Source: Candidatus Woesearchaeota archaeon (lineage in GTDB: Archaea > Nanobdellota > Nanobdellia > UBA10117 > ARS21). From it: DNA of 64,000 nucleotides. A program made the position numbers and the translations under genes. The DNA is taken from assembly GCA_964344705.1 (NCBI GenBank), contig CAYFOG010000003.1, forward strand, positions 16,715 through 80,714. The letters run 5' to 3'. Shown here piece after piece: positions 8,596 through 18,634 of the stretch (its first letter is position 1; every line of letters starts with the position of its first letter). The notes below the pieces were generated by a model. That model had not been told where the DNA came from. It made no database searches and saw nothing but the letters and a program-made list of their open reading frames with translations.

Positions 8596-10391
8596 GATTA
8601 ATTGAATGGTGTAAACAAAACTGGATGTTTTTGGGAGCTCTTGGTTTTCTAGCTGCGTTGAATTATTTGTATTTGAGTCCTTTGGAAAGTTTGCCGAGTC
8701 CACTTTATGGTGGAGATTATTATTATCAGCTGGGTCAAACAAATCATTTCAAATTTGGAGGAAGTCCTTTTGACTCTTCTACAATACTTGGTGCGCTTCC
8801 GGGATATTTTATTCTTTATACAATTGGTGCGGGCCTGATTGCGAAGCTTGGATTTGACGCAATTACCGCACACTTTATTTTTTCATACATAGTTCTGTTG
8901 TTGGGTGGAATTGTATTCTATGCTTTAGTTAAGAAATTATTCAACTCAAAAGTATTGGGTGTTGTTGGAGTTTTGGTGTTCTTTATGGCAGACAAGTTTC
9001 CAATTTTGAAGTATACTCCTTTTTCTGAGATGTTGATTATGCCTTTGATAATTTTACTTTTGTACAACTTTCTGAAAGATAGCTCAAAAAAGAATGCATT
9101 GATTTTAGGCGTAGGATATGGTTTTGCAGGTTTAGCGCACAGTATTTCGTTCATTGGGAGCACGTTGTTAATTTTTGCTGCTTTCTTGTGGTATGGTTTG
9201 CGGAGAGTGGGAAGCTTTAATTCGAAATTGAAGCCATATGTTATCGTTGCGGTTGTTGGTGGATTAATTGCAATGGCTTATTGGGCTGGACCAATATTTG
9301 TTTATCAAGGACAAACAAGTCCAAATTACAATGAGTGGAATAATCCTGATTGGTCCGATTTAGGATTCCAATTTGAATTTGTTAAGACAGTTATTGTTGG
9401 TGGTTTGTTCAGCTTCGGAACAATTAGCATTGCATTTGTCTCACTGTTCACTTTGCTTGGTTTAATTGGTTTGTTCCTGCATAAAAAATCTAGAGCTTTT
9501 GGCACAGAAAGTTATCTTAAATTTCTACTTGCAAGTGGATTAATTATCACACTTCATTATCTTGTTACTTCCAATTTATTTGGAATGCATTTTATTCCTG
9601 ATCGATTAAACACAATGTTGATGCTTCCAGTTTGGAGTTTACTTTTTGTCTACGGAGTAAGATTTGGTATTAGATTTAGCAAGAGTTTCAGCCTGACAAG
9701 AAAACAATGTGTTTCACTTATTGTCTTGGCTTTGTTAGTTTTCCAAGTAAGCGCATACAGTGTTAAGTCTAATGGTCAATGGTATCAAGGTGCTCGTAAT
9801 GAATTACCAATTCATATTGTTGATGCTTCTGATTATTTTATTGAACATAGTGATGTAAATGATGTTATTCTTACTACGAAGGAGCTTGGCTTTTCAATTA
9901 ATGCTTTAAGTGGTAGAAAACTTGTCTCAGTACGTCGGGCTCAGAATGATCCTTTTGTAGATATGGATCCTCGAGAGATAGATCATGCAATTATTTTGTA
10001 TGGAAATAATGATGCGATGCGTAAAGCTTTGCTTGAGAAATACAGTATTGATTATTTGTACTGGGATCAATATTGGTTCCAAAGTGAATATACTTTTGAC
10101 AGCTCTGGACAAATAGTGGGTAGTTTTGATCCTCTAATTGTATTTGATACTGAGGCGAACCGTAGAAGTTTGAACAAGTATGGAATTCAATATGTTCCAC
10201 AACACACGTGGGTGGACCCTGCGCTTCGAGGTGATGAATATAGAACTTTTGATTTGCTTTTGATATCTCCACAAAATTATCGAAACTTTGCAACTCCGTG
10301 GACGACGGGACTTGATAAATATTTGACGGAAGTTTGGAGATATGATGGTGATGGGCAAGTTTTGAGTAAGGTTTACAAAGTTGATTTGTAG
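8592..10391 (+). CDS. GT-C-like polytopic membrane protein (STT3/PMT/ArnT-like paralog lacking the WWDYG motif)
   Basis: 599 aa with an N-terminal multi-TM region and a C-terminal soluble domain. The ATGA start/stop overlap with aglB indicates co-translation. Confidence 0.4.
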   Translation: MRLIEWCKQNWMFLGALGFLAALNYLYLSPLESLPSPLYGGDYYYQLGQTNHFKFGGSPFDSSTILGALPGYFILYTIGAGLIAKLGFDAITAHFIFSYIVLLLGGIVFYALVKKLFNSKVLGVVGVLVFFMADKFPILKYTPFSEMLIMPLIILLLYNFLKDSSKKNALILGVGYGFAGLAHSISFIGSTLLIFAAFLWYGLRRVGSFNSKLKPYVIVAVVGGLIAMAYWAGPIFVYQGQTSPNYNEWNNPDWSDLGFQFEFVKTVIVGGLFSFGTISIAFVSLFTLLGLIGLFLHKKSRAFGTESYLKFLLASGLIITLHYLVTSNLFGMHFIPDRLNTMLMLPVWSLLFVYGVRFGIRFSKSFSLTRKQCVSLIVLALLVFQVSAYSVKSNGQWYQGARNELPIHIVDASDYFIEHSDVNDVILTTKELGFSINALSGRKLVSVRRAQNDPFVDMDPREIDHAIILYGNNDAMRKALLEKYSIDYLYWDQYWFQSEYTFDSSGQIVGSFDPLIVFDTEANRRSLNKYGIQYVPQHTWVDPALRGDEYRTFDLLLISPQNYRNFATPWTTGLDKYLTEVWRYDGDGQVLSKVYKVDL

Positions 10392-10431
10392 CTTAACAAT
10401 ATCTTTTTAAGTCTCCCTCCAAGTTAAGATT

Positions 10432-11367
10432 ATGCGTACAATATTGGTCACTGGCGGGGCTGGCTTTCTTGGAAGTCATCTTTGCAGATATCTTCTAGAG
10501 CGTAATGGTAACAAGGTCATTTGTCTGGATAATTTCTTCACTGGACAGATGGATAATTTACGAGAATTAGAAAGCAATCCAAATTTTAAGATTATCTCTC
10601 ATGATATTACTGAACCTTTAGTTGAAAGAGTTACGGAACATGTGGATGAAATTTACAATCTTGCTTGCCCGGCAAGTCCGATTCATTATCAGTTTGATCC
10701 AATTGAAACAATTAAAGCAAATACTGTTGGCGTAGTTAATGTTCTTGAGTTTGCTCGATTAAATGGTGCAAAGATTTTACAGGCTTCGACTTCTGAAATC
10801 TATGGTGATCCTGAAGTTCATCCTCAAGTTGAGAGTTATCGAGGTAATGTGAATACTCTCGGTCCGCGAGCATGTTATGATGAAGGTAAGCGTGTTGCTG
10901 AAACTCTGTTTATGGATTATCATCGGAAATATGGACTTAATATTCGAATTGTCAGAATCTTTAACACGTATGGTCCCAACATGGCTAGGAATGATGGACG
11001 AGTTGTTAGTAATTTTATTATTCAAGCATTGAACAATCAACCAATTACAATTTATGGGGATGGTAATCAAACTAGAAGTTTTTGTTATGTTTCGGATTTG
11101 GTTGAAGGATTGTACAAAACTATGAATTCTGAAGAAATGATACCGATTAATCTTGGAAATCCTGATGAATTTACAATTAAAGAATTGGCTGAAAAAGTGA
11201 TTAGTCTTACTAGTTCAAAGTCAGAGATTGTTTATCATGAACTTCCCATTGATGATCCCAAACAGCGTCAACCGAACATTGACCGTGCAAACTCAGTCTT
11301 GACCTGGTCTCCAAGAGTTAGATTAGATGAGGGTTTGAAAAAAACTATTTCTTATTTTAAGACTTAA
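10432..11367 (+). CDS. uxs: UDP-glucuronate decarboxylase / UDP-xylose synthase (short-chain dehydrogenase/reductase family)
   Basis: [14 protein letters not shown] Rossmann motif plus [14 protein letters not shown]...IKANTVG typical of UXS; 311 aa. Confidence 0.75.
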   Translation: MRTILVTGGAGFLGSHLCRYLLERNGNKVICLDNFFTGQMDNLRELESNPNFKIISHDITEPLVERVTEHVDEIYNLACPASPIHYQFDPIETIKANTVGVVNVLEFARLNGAKILQASTSEIYGDPEVHPQVESYRGNVNTLGPRACYDEGKRVAETLFMDYHRKYGLNIRIVRIFNTYGPNMARNDGRVVSNFIIQALNNQPITIYGDGNQTRSFCYVSDLVEGLYKTMNSEEMIPINLGNPDEFTIKELAEKVISLTSSKSEIVYHELPIDDPKQRQPNIDRANSVLTWSPRVRLDEGLKKTISYFKT

Positions 11368-12226
11368 TCATTTGTGTTAATCCGTCTCTCAAAGAGATTT
11401 TTGGTTCCCAATTAAGTTTTGCTTTTGTTTCAGAAATATCTGCGCAGAATTTTCCGACTTCTCCTTGCCTTTCATTTGTAATATTTATGTTTGAATTTGA
11501 ATTTGTTAATTCTTTTATCATATTTGCAAGATCTCCCAATCTTGTTTGTGTTCCCGATCCAATATTTAGAGTCAGTTCTGATTTGTCTTTTAGCTTTACA
11601 AATGCATCTACTACATCCTCGATGTGGATAAAGTCAATTATTTTTTCAGAACCATATAATTCAACATCTTGATTATTCTTGAACATGTTGATAAATATTG
11701 GAATGACTCTTCCTGCGTCTCCGTGCCCATATACATTACTCATTCGAACAATATTGTAATCTAGGTTGTAAGTTTTTCCGTATGATTTTATGAGTGCTTC
11801 TCCGGCTAATTTTGAAGCTGCGTATGGATTTTCTGGATTCAATTCTGTATTTATTTTTACTGGTAATTCGCTTTGTGTTCCATAAACTTCTCGGGATGAT
11901 GCAAAAATTAGTTTCTTTTTGTGTTTTGAACATGCTTCAATTATATTTTTGGTTGATTCAATATTTACCTTGTAAGTTAGTTCTGGATTTTCAATAGAAG
12001 TCATTACTTGACTAATCGCTGCCAGATGGTAGATTATATCGTTTTGTGAGATTAATTCCTCAAAGTCTTCCACTATGTCTTGCTCAACTACTTTTACTTT
12101 TTCATTGAGAACTATGTCATTTTTTCTGTAGAAATTGTCAATTATTGTAATTTCGTGTTTCGAACAAAGTTGATTTGCAAGGTATTTGCCTATAAAACCG
12201 GCTCCGCCAGTTATCAGAATCTTCAT
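11357..12226 (-). CDS. NAD-dependent nucleotide-sugar epimerase/dehydratase (GalE-like)
   Basis: [14 protein letters not shown] and the YAASK (YxxxK) catalytic motif; convergent 11-nt overlap with uxs. Confidence 0.7.
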   Translation of the reverse strand: MKILITGGAGFIGKYLANQLCSKHEITIIDNFYRKNDIVLNEKVKVVEQDIVEDFEELISQNDIIYHLAAISQVMTSIENPELTYKVNIESTKNIIEACSKHKKKLIFASSREVYGTQSELPVKINTELNPENPYAASKLAGEALIKSYGKTYNLDYNIVRMSNVYGHGDAGRVIPIFINMFKNNQDVELYGSEKIIDFIHIEDVVDAFVKLKDKSELTLNIGSGTQTRLGDLANMIKELTNSNSNINITNERQGEVGKFCADISETKAKLNWEPKISLRDGLTQMIKS

Positions 12227-12277
12227 ATTGCTTTCTTTTGAGTAAATTTAATAAAGGTTGTTAAGTATGGTATTTCG

Positions 12278-12988
12278 ATGCCAAGAAAAAGTAAACCAAT
12301 GGTTAGTTTTCTAATGCCTGCTCTTAATGAGGAAGATGCGTTGCCTGTAGTTATCAAGTCTATACCTGCTGCTAAATTGAAGAAGGCGGGCTATAGTGTT
12401 GAAATTGTAGTTGTTGATAACGCAAGTACTGATAATACTGCTAAAGTTGCTAAAAAGCTTGGTGCTCGAGTTGTCAAAGAGATGAAACGCGGCTATGGTT
12501 CTGCTTACAAAAAAGGTTTCAGATCTGTCAAAGGAGATATTGTAATTACTGGAGATGCAGATAACACTTATCCTTTCAAAGATGCACTTAAATTTGTCAG
12601 AATTTTGGAAAAAGAAGATTTAGAGTTCATTACTACTAATCGCTTTGCAAACATAGGTAAAGAATCTATGACTTTCCGGAATAAATTTGGTAATTATGTT
12701 TTCAGAACTGCAACTAATTTCTTGTTTGGATTGCGACTTGATGATTCTTGGTCTGGAATGTGGATTTTTAGAACCAAAGCTTTGAAACATTTGAACATCA
12801 CTAGTGATGGTATGCCTTTGTCTCAGGAAATTAAGATTGAGGCTTTCAGGAAATTGGGTGTTCGGGCCAAAGAGATTCCAATCAATTTTACTAATGTTAG
12901 AATTGGTGAGGCGAAACTGGAACCTTGGAAAGATGGTGTTCGAACTTTGAAGTTTTTTGCTCGTAAGAAATTGGGTTTGGTTCGCTAA
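12278..12988 (+). CDS. GT2 glycosyltransferase, dolichyl-phosphate sugar synthase (Dpm1-like)
   Basis: N-terminal VSFLMPALNEE...VVDNASTDNT and DAD motif (GDADNTY), typical of GT2 Dpm1/AglD-like enzymes. Confidence 0.7.
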   Translation: MPRKSKPMVSFLMPALNEEDALPVVIKSIPAAKLKKAGYSVEIVVVDNASTDNTAKVAKKLGARVVKEMKRGYGSAYKKGFRSVKGDIVITGDADNTYPFKDALKFVRILEKEDLEFITTNRFANIGKESMTFRNKFGNYVFRTATNFLFGLRLDDSWSGMWIFRTKALKHLNITSDGMPLSQEIKIEAFRKLGVRAKEIPINFTNVRIGEAKLEPWKDGVRTLKFFARKKLGLVR

Positions 12989-13369
12989 TTATTTTTTGAA
13001 TGTAAATTTTGAGTGGAAACTGTAGCTATAGAAAGCTACAAATATTGCTGAGATTAATTTTGCAATATGTGCTTGGATTCCGAAACTTTCCACTATGAAA
13101 ATTATGATGAGCGTGTTGAGTAATATTCCGCCAATGCTTACTCCGGTAAAAATTGATGCTTGTCTTTTGTAATTCTTGCTGTATTGTTTAAATGTGAAGA
13201 ATTTGTTCATAAAGAAATTGTATATATATCCAATTGTTTCTGCAAAAATTACTACTGGAATATAGAATAGTGCTAGAACGTTGTTGAGAATGTAAATCAA
13301 AGACCAAGTTATGAAGGTTGCTGTTCCTCCGACTATAAGGAATCTTATGAGTCTTCGATAGCTTTTCAT
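12989..13369 (-). CDS. GtrA-family small membrane protein (polyprenyl-sugar translocation)
   Basis: 126 aa, 4 TM, N-terminal LIRFLIVGGTATFITW GtrA signature. Confidence 0.65.
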   Translation of the reverse strand: MKSYRRLIRFLIVGGTATFITWSLIYILNNVLALFYIPVVIFAETIGYIYNFFMNKFFTFKQYSKNYKRQASIFTGVSIGGILLNTLIIIFIVESFGIQAHIAKLISAIFVAFYSYSFHSKFTFKK

Positions 13370-13404
13370 GTATAAGATTGTTATATAAAACTTATAAATA
13401 GATT

Positions 13405-14109
13405 GTGTGTAGTTTTTTGATGTCTAAGAGGTTAAAAGTTTTTGCGATTGTTCCTGCGTATAACGAAGAAAGGCGGATTTCCAAAGTTATCAACGATTTG
13501 AAAAAGTATAAGTACAATATGGTGATTGTTGATGATGCTTCTGTTGATGGCACAGTTAAAGTTGTTAAGAAATTTAGAAATATAATTTTGGTTGAACAGA
13601 AAATTAACAGCGGTCAGGGCGCAGCGCTTCGGGTAGGAATTAAACGTGCTTTGAAAGAAGGTGCAGATATTATTGTTACGTTTGATGGTGATGGTCAACA
13701 TCAGGCCAAAGAAATAAGTGAATTGATTGCTCCAATTGAGGCAGGAGTTTCAGATATTTCGTTGGGTTCCCGCTTTCTTGGGAAAAATACAGACATGCCT
13801 TTATCTCGGAAGATTCTGCTGAGCGGTTCGGTATGGATTGAAAGAATATTTTTTGGGATAAAATTAAGTGACGCTCATAACGGATTTAGGGCAATGTCAC
13901 GAAAGGCGGCTCAAAAAATTAGAATTAAGGAAAATAGAATGGCTCATGCTTCTGAAATAATCAAGGAAATTTCTCGACACGGTCTTAGATATAATGAAGT
14001 TCCTGTTCAAATTATATATAACAAGGAAACTCTTGATAGTGGAACGGGTTCGTATCGAACGGCGATTGGTGTTCTTTTCAAGATTATTAGTTGGAAGCTT
14101 TTTGATTGA
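13405..14109 (+). CDS. GT2 glycosyltransferase (dolichyl-phosphate glycosyl synthase-like)
   Basis: VFAIVPAYNEE...VDDASVDGT...FDGDGQH motifs. Confidence 0.7.
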   Translation: MCSFLMSKRLKVFAIVPAYNEERRISKVINDLKKYKYNMVIVDDASVDGTVKVVKKFRNIILVEQKINSGQGAALRVGIKRALKEGADIIVTFDGDGQHQAKEISELIAPIEAGVSDISLGSRFLGKNTDMPLSRKILLSGSVWIERIFFGIKLSDAHNGFRAMSRKAAQKIRIKENRMAHASEIIKEISRHGLRYNEVPVQIIYNKETLDSGTGSYRTAIGVLFKIISWKLFD

Positions 14110-14164
14110 ATTGGAAAGCAATAAAAGATTTAAGTGTGAGCGAAGAAGATTGGGAGAATGATGA

Positions 14165-15646
14165 ATGGTTGATTATCTTCGTAGAGTCTTAAAGGGCGGA
14201 TCTTACTATTTTATTGGATTGATTATTGCCGGAATTGTTGCATATACTTCTCGAGTTGTGCTGGTTCGAAGTTTGGCTCCTGAGGACTATGGTTTATTTG
14301 CTGCAATGTTTACTGCCATTGCATTTTTTTTGTTTTTTAGGAATTTCGGATTGAATGTTTCTATTGGAAAATTTATCCCTCAATTTAAAGTTAGGAGAAA
14401 ATATTCTGAAATCAAAACTTCAGTAATATCAGTATTATTCTTTCAATTATTAATTTCAAGTTTGTTTGTTGTTCTGTTTTGGTTGAGTGCAGACTTCTTA
14501 GCTTTGAATTATTTCAAAGATGCTAGAGCAAGTTTTCTAATTCGTGTGTTCTCATTTTATTTTATTACAAGTATATTTTTCAAGAATCTCTCTTCATTCT
14601 TCAAAGGTTTTCAAAAGAATCGATTACAATCTTTGGTTGAACCGATAAAAAATATTAGCATACTTACAATGATTGTAATTTTTCTTTACTTGGGTTATGG
14701 TGTTCTTGCTCCAATTCTTGCTTATGTTTTTGCAGGCCTGGTTTTATTGTTACTATTTATTTATCCAGTTTTTAAGACATTCAATTTCAGGAGGTATCCT
14801 TTCAAAGAGTTGAGCGTGTTCAAACGAATGTTTCTATTTGGTCTTCCAGTAATGATGACTGGTGTTGGAAACAAATTTGTTAGTTATTTTGACACTTTGA
14901 TGCTGACTTATTTTTCGAGCTTGGCTGAAGTTGGAGCATATAATATTGTTCTTCCAACAGCATTGCTTTTTATGTTGCCTGCCTCGGCGATTGGTGCGGT
15001 CTTTATGCCGTTAATTTCTGAATTGTCTGCACGCAAAGATTTTGAACGTGTTAAAGTTGGCATGAGTTTGTTGTACAGATATTTGTACATGTTTAGCGCT
15101 CCAATAATTTTTAGCTTATTTATCTTCGCAGATATTCTTATTGAAAAATTGTTTGGTCCGGGTTATTTAATTGGTATTTTGGCATTTAGAATTTTGTTAG
15201 TTGGAGTTCTGTTCAATATGTTGTCTGAATTGAATAATCAATATCTGATTGGTACTGGTTGCCCTAAGAAAGTATTTTGGGTTGTATTCTTTGGATCGGT
15301 TCTCAATGTTGGTTTGAATATCTTCTTAATTCCTGTTTACGGAATTTCTGGTGCAGCAGTTGCTACCAGTTTGAGTTATCTTTTGATGTTTTCCTTATCG
15401 ACTGCCAAAGTTATTCGTGGAACTAGAATGAAACTTCCAATATTCAACTGGTTTGCACTAATACTTGGTTTGATGGCTTTTATTGGTGTGGTGTATTTCA
15501 TTAAAGGTCTAATTTCTTGGAATGTGTGGTTGGAAGGTATTGTTTCATTATCTATCGGATATGTTGTTTATTTGTATGTTTTGAAGATTCTAGGTATTTT
15601 GAATGTTGAAGAAATTATGTCGTTTGTTCGAAGAATTACTAGTTAG
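14165..15646 (+). CDS. Wzx/RfbX-type oligosaccharide flippase (MOP superfamily)
   Basis: 493 aa with about 12-14 TM, polysaccharide biosynthesis protein-like. Confidence 0.65.
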   Translation: MVDYLRRVLKGGSYYFIGLIIAGIVAYTSRVVLVRSLAPEDYGLFAAMFTAIAFFLFFRNFGLNVSIGKFIPQFKVRRKYSEIKTSVISVLFFQLLISSLFVVLFWLSADFLALNYFKDARASFLIRVFSFYFITSIFFKNLSSFFKGFQKNRLQSLVEPIKNISILTMIVIFLYLGYGVLAPILAYVFAGLVLLLLFIYPVFKTFNFRRYPFKELSVFKRMFLFGLPVMMTGVGNKFVSYFDTLMLTYFSSLAEVGAYNIVLPTALLFMLPASAIGAVFMPLISELSARKDFERVKVGMSLLYRYLYMFSAPIIFSLFIFADILIEKLFGPGYLIGILAFRILLVGVLFNMLSELNNQYLIGTGCPKKVFWVVFFGSVLNVGLNIFLIPVYGISGAAVATSLSYLLMFSLSTAKVIRGTRMKLPIFNWFALILGLMAFIGVVYFIKGLISWNVWLEGIVSLSIGYVVYLYVLKILGILNVEEIMSFVRRITS

Positions 15647-15771
15647 TACAACTTAAGATATTTATCAGTTATGAGTTTTATATCAAAGTCTTTTGCTCGG
15701 ATAATTACTAGTTAGTACAACTTAAGATATTTATCAGTTATGAGTTTTATATCAAAGTCTTTTGCTCGGAT
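15634..15771. repeat. perfect 69-bp tandem duplication (2 units: 15634-15702 and 15703-15771) spanning a convergent gene junction
   Basis: Identical string AATTACTAGTTAGTACAACTTAAGATATTTATCAGTTATGAGTTTTATATCAAAGTCTTTTGCTCGGAT occurs twice head-to-tail. Copy 1 carries the flippase stop codon; copy 2 carries the last 10 codons and stop of the minus-strand GT4 gene. Confidence 0.9.
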
Positions 15772-16797
15772 TTTTCCGTTCTTGGAGATTTTTTTCTGGA
15801 GTTCTTGATTGTTTAGCAATTCTGAAACTTTTTTGTATAAATCATTTGAATCTTTTGGTTTTGATAGTAGAATGTTTTTTCTATTTTTGAATAGTTCTTG
15901 TGTTTCTGGAAGTTTGGAAGTTATTGTAGGTATTCCCATCGCCATGCTTTCGATTACTGACAGCGGATTTGATTCTGTTGCATCTAAATTTGGATAAGGA
16001 AATACTGTTATGTGTGCTTCCGATAGATAATCAATTAGGTTCTTTTCGTCTAGAATAATTTTATAGTTTTTTTGATTTTCTAGTTGTTTATCTATTTTCT
16101 TCTTGTTCTCTTTGAACGCCTCTGAGTGTTTGCATAGAAACGTGAAGACTGTGTCGTCTTTGAATTTTGGAATTATATCTACAAGATATTTGTATCCTTT
16201 TCTGTCTGCAAGCGGACCGTAGAATAGAACTATTTTTTTGGTTTTTGACTTGGTTTTTGATTTTACATTGAACTTTTTCAAATCTATATGTGAATTGATG
16301 TATCGAATTTTGGATTTTGACGTTCCATATTTTGTTATGATTTTTTCAATTGATTTGCTTCCAAGCGTAACGTTGGATAATAGATTTAAAATTGGTGATG
16401 CGAAATATGTTCTTTTGTATTTTGTTTTTGATTTCAGAGTATGTATTCTTTTTACTTTTTGGAAAGGTTTTCCAATTATTGTTCTTATTGCAAGCAGTGG
16501 AGATGAACTGAATCCATGAATTACATCAAATTTTACATTTTCTACCAGTTCAACTTTTCTTATTCCAGTCAGAGTAAATAATAGTTTGTTAACTTTGTCA
16601 CCAAAGGGCATCTTTATTCTGTAAACTTTGACTCCATCTATTCTTTCTTTTTCAAGTAGCGGACGTCGATGGTCCGTAATTATTATTGCATTGTGCCCGC
16701 GGGAATTGAGTTCCTTTGCTAATTGGAGTGTTGATAAATTTGTGGCTTCTACTTTATTCTTATGAAATGCATTTATTACAAGAGCTATGTTTTTCAT
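15712..16797 (-). CDS. GT4-family glycosyltransferase
   Basis: C-terminal GT-B motif ...ESNPLSVIESMAMGIPTITS...; 361 aa. Confidence 0.7.
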   Translation of the reverse strand: MKNIALVINAFHKNKVEATNLSTLQLAKELNSRGHNAIIITDHRRPLLEKERIDGVKVYRIKMPFGDKVNKLLFTLTGIRKVELVENVKFDVIHGFSSSPLLAIRTIIGKPFQKVKRIHTLKSKTKYKRTYFASPILNLLSNVTLGSKSIEKIITKYGTSKSKIRYINSHIDLKKFNVKSKTKSKTKKIVLFYGPLADRKGYKYLVDIIPKFKDDTVFTFLCKHSEAFKENKKKIDKQLENQKNYKIILDEKNLIDYLSEAHITVFPYPNLDATESNPLSVIESMAMGIPTITSKLPETQELFKNRKNILLSKPKDSNDLYKKVSELLNNQELQKKISKNGKIRAKDFDIKLITDKYLKLY

Positions 16798-17483
16798 TTT
16801 GCTAATCGTTCTGCTTGTTTCCAGTCTTCGTCAGAATCAATATTTACTATTTCCCTATCAATTATGTAACTTGTACATCTGTCTCCGAACAGACTGTTCT
16901 TTTCCATTAATGTTTCTGGAGTCATAATGTAAATTTGTCCATTTTTCCAATAAGTTTGTTTTAAATCTTGACGTCTGGTTGATTTTTTATCATCATCTAT
17001 TGGTGTGTTATTTGATATGTTGAGAACTTGTCCTTCTTCAGTTAAGGTTTTTTGCCATATTGGATTGAAATGTTTTGGGGTTGGTGAGAGAGATATTAGT
17101 GAATCCCAATTTCCGTTCAAAACTGTTTCAATCGCCTCATCAATTTCTTCAGCTTTTTGGAATTGTGCGGTTGGTTGTAAGAGTACAATTAGCTTTATTT
17201 GGGAGTTTAGATTTTTAACAGTGTGTTGTAAAACTGGTAGTGTTGGAGTATTGTCTTGCGCAAGATCTTCAGGTCTATCTATTACTTCGGCACCATATCT
17301 TTGTGCGACTTCTTTAATTTCTGTGTCCTCAGTTGAAACAACTATTCGATTTATGTGTTTGGACTGCTTTGCTGCGTTGATTGTGTAAGAAATTAGTGGT
17401 TCTCCATTTAGCAATTTTATATTCTTGCGAGGAATTCCTTTTGAGCCTCCTCTTGCTGGAATTATTGCAATGACTCCTTCCAT
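16794..17483 (-). CDS. neuA: CMP-N-acylneuraminate (nonulosonate) cytidylyltransferase
   Basis: N-terminal IAIIPARGGSKGIPRKNIKLLNGEPLI signature of NeuA/KdsB-type cytidylyltransferases; 229 aa. Confidence 0.8.
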   Translation of the reverse strand: MEGVIAIIPARGGSKGIPRKNIKLLNGEPLISYTINAAKQSKHINRIVVSTEDTEIKEVAQRYGAEVIDRPEDLAQDNTPTLPVLQHTVKNLNSQIKLIVLLQPTAQFQKAEEIDEAIETVLNGNWDSLISLSPTPKHFNPIWQKTLTEEGQVLNISNNTPIDDDKKSTRRQDLKQTYWKNGQIYIMTPETLMEKNSLFGDRCTSYIIDREIVNIDSDEDWKQAERLAK

Positions 17484-18634
17484 TAATAGTTTAACCTCTT
17501 CTGAACATTAACTTCTGATTTTGCTAGTATGTCTGCTATTTGTTTTGCTGTGTTTGGTTTGAAATATAATTCGCTTTTTGGATAAGTTCCGTTTTTGACT
17601 TGTTTGAGTATTGCTTCTTTTATTTTTTCTGAATTGTGCGGGACAGTTATCACATTCTTGTCTTTTAATCGTCCTTGTTGTCGTGTCCCAATATTTACTG
17701 CTGGAGTTCCAAGGAATGAGCTTTCTTTGATTCCTGCGGAGGAATTTCCCACTATACATGATGCGTTTTTCATTAATTTTGCAAATAATTTCGGATCTAA
17801 AAAAATAAAAAAATGTACATGATTTTGTTCTGTGTGTTCTCGATAAATACGAATTGCTTTGCTTAATTCATCCGTTCCTGCATCGACATTTGGCCAGATC
17901 CAAATTGTTGGGATTTTTAACTCATCTATTGCTTTGATTGTTTCCTCGGCTTGCTTCTTGGCTTCTTTATGTTCTGTTGTAACGGGATGTTGCATTACAA
18001 TAATATATCCTTTTGACAGGTCTGGTTGTGCTCCAACTCCGCTTATTTCGCCTTCCCATAATTCCACCATATCTAAAGTTAAGTCTTGGTTGTTTAGAAA
18101 TTCTGCGTCTGGGCTTCCAACATTATAAACATCTTCAGGATATTCACCTAATTTTAGTATTCGTTCTTTTGAGATTTCGTTTGTTGAGAAGTGTATGTGC
18201 GCAAGCTTTGTTACTGCATGTCTGACTGATTCATCAATTGTTCCAGTTACATCTCCACCTTCTATGTGTGCAAGCGGTATGTTCAGGTATGCTGCTGCGA
18301 TTGATGGTGCTAAGATTTCATATCTGTCTCCGCGGATTAAAACTATATCAGGTTTTAGATTTTCAAATGCTGTTGAAAATTCTAGCAATCCCAGTCCTGT
18401 TGTTTTTGCCATTGCTGTGGGTGTTCCTCCTTCCAACAACATAGTTATTTTTTTGTTAATTTTGAATCCATCTTCTTCAATCTTAGTTATTATTTTACCA
18501 TATTTATCAATTAACGCTGAACCTGCAACAATTATTTGTAATTCTAATTCTGGATGCTCGTCTATTGCTTTCAAGATTAATTTTCCTCGTGCATAATGTG
18601 CCCTGTTTGTTATTACTACGCAGACTTTTTTCAT
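17483..18634 (-). CDS. neuC: UDP-N-acetylglucosamine 2-epimerase (hydrolysing), NeuC type
   Basis: 383 aa with an N-terminal VCVVITNRAHYARGK.. motif typical of NeuC/SiaA hydrolysing epimerases. Confidence 0.75.
   Translation of the reverse strand: MKKVCVVITNRAHYARGKLILKAIDEHPELELQIIVAGSALIDKYGKIITKIEEDGFKINKKITMLLEGGTPTAMAKTTGLGLLEFSTAFENLKPDIVLIRGDRYEILAPSIAAAYLNIPLAHIEGGDVTGTIDESVRHAVTKLAHIHFSTNEISKERILKLGEYPEDVYNVGSPDAEFLNNQDLTLDMVELWEGEISGVGAQPDLSKGYIIVMQHPVTTEHKEAKKQAEETIKAIDELKIPTIWIWPNVDAGTDELSKAIRIYREHTEQNHVHFFIFLDPKLFAKLMKNASCIVGNSSAGIKESSFLGTPAVNIGTRQQGRLKDKNVITVPHNSEKIKEAILKQVKNGTYPKSELYFKPNTAKQIADILAKSEVNVQKRLNY

Noticed and set aside
17005-18596. Series of 60-133-aa plus-strand ORFs antisense to neuA and neuC
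   Set aside because: They lie antisense to strongly supported coding regions, are Cys/Ser-rich and low-complexity, and have no promoters.
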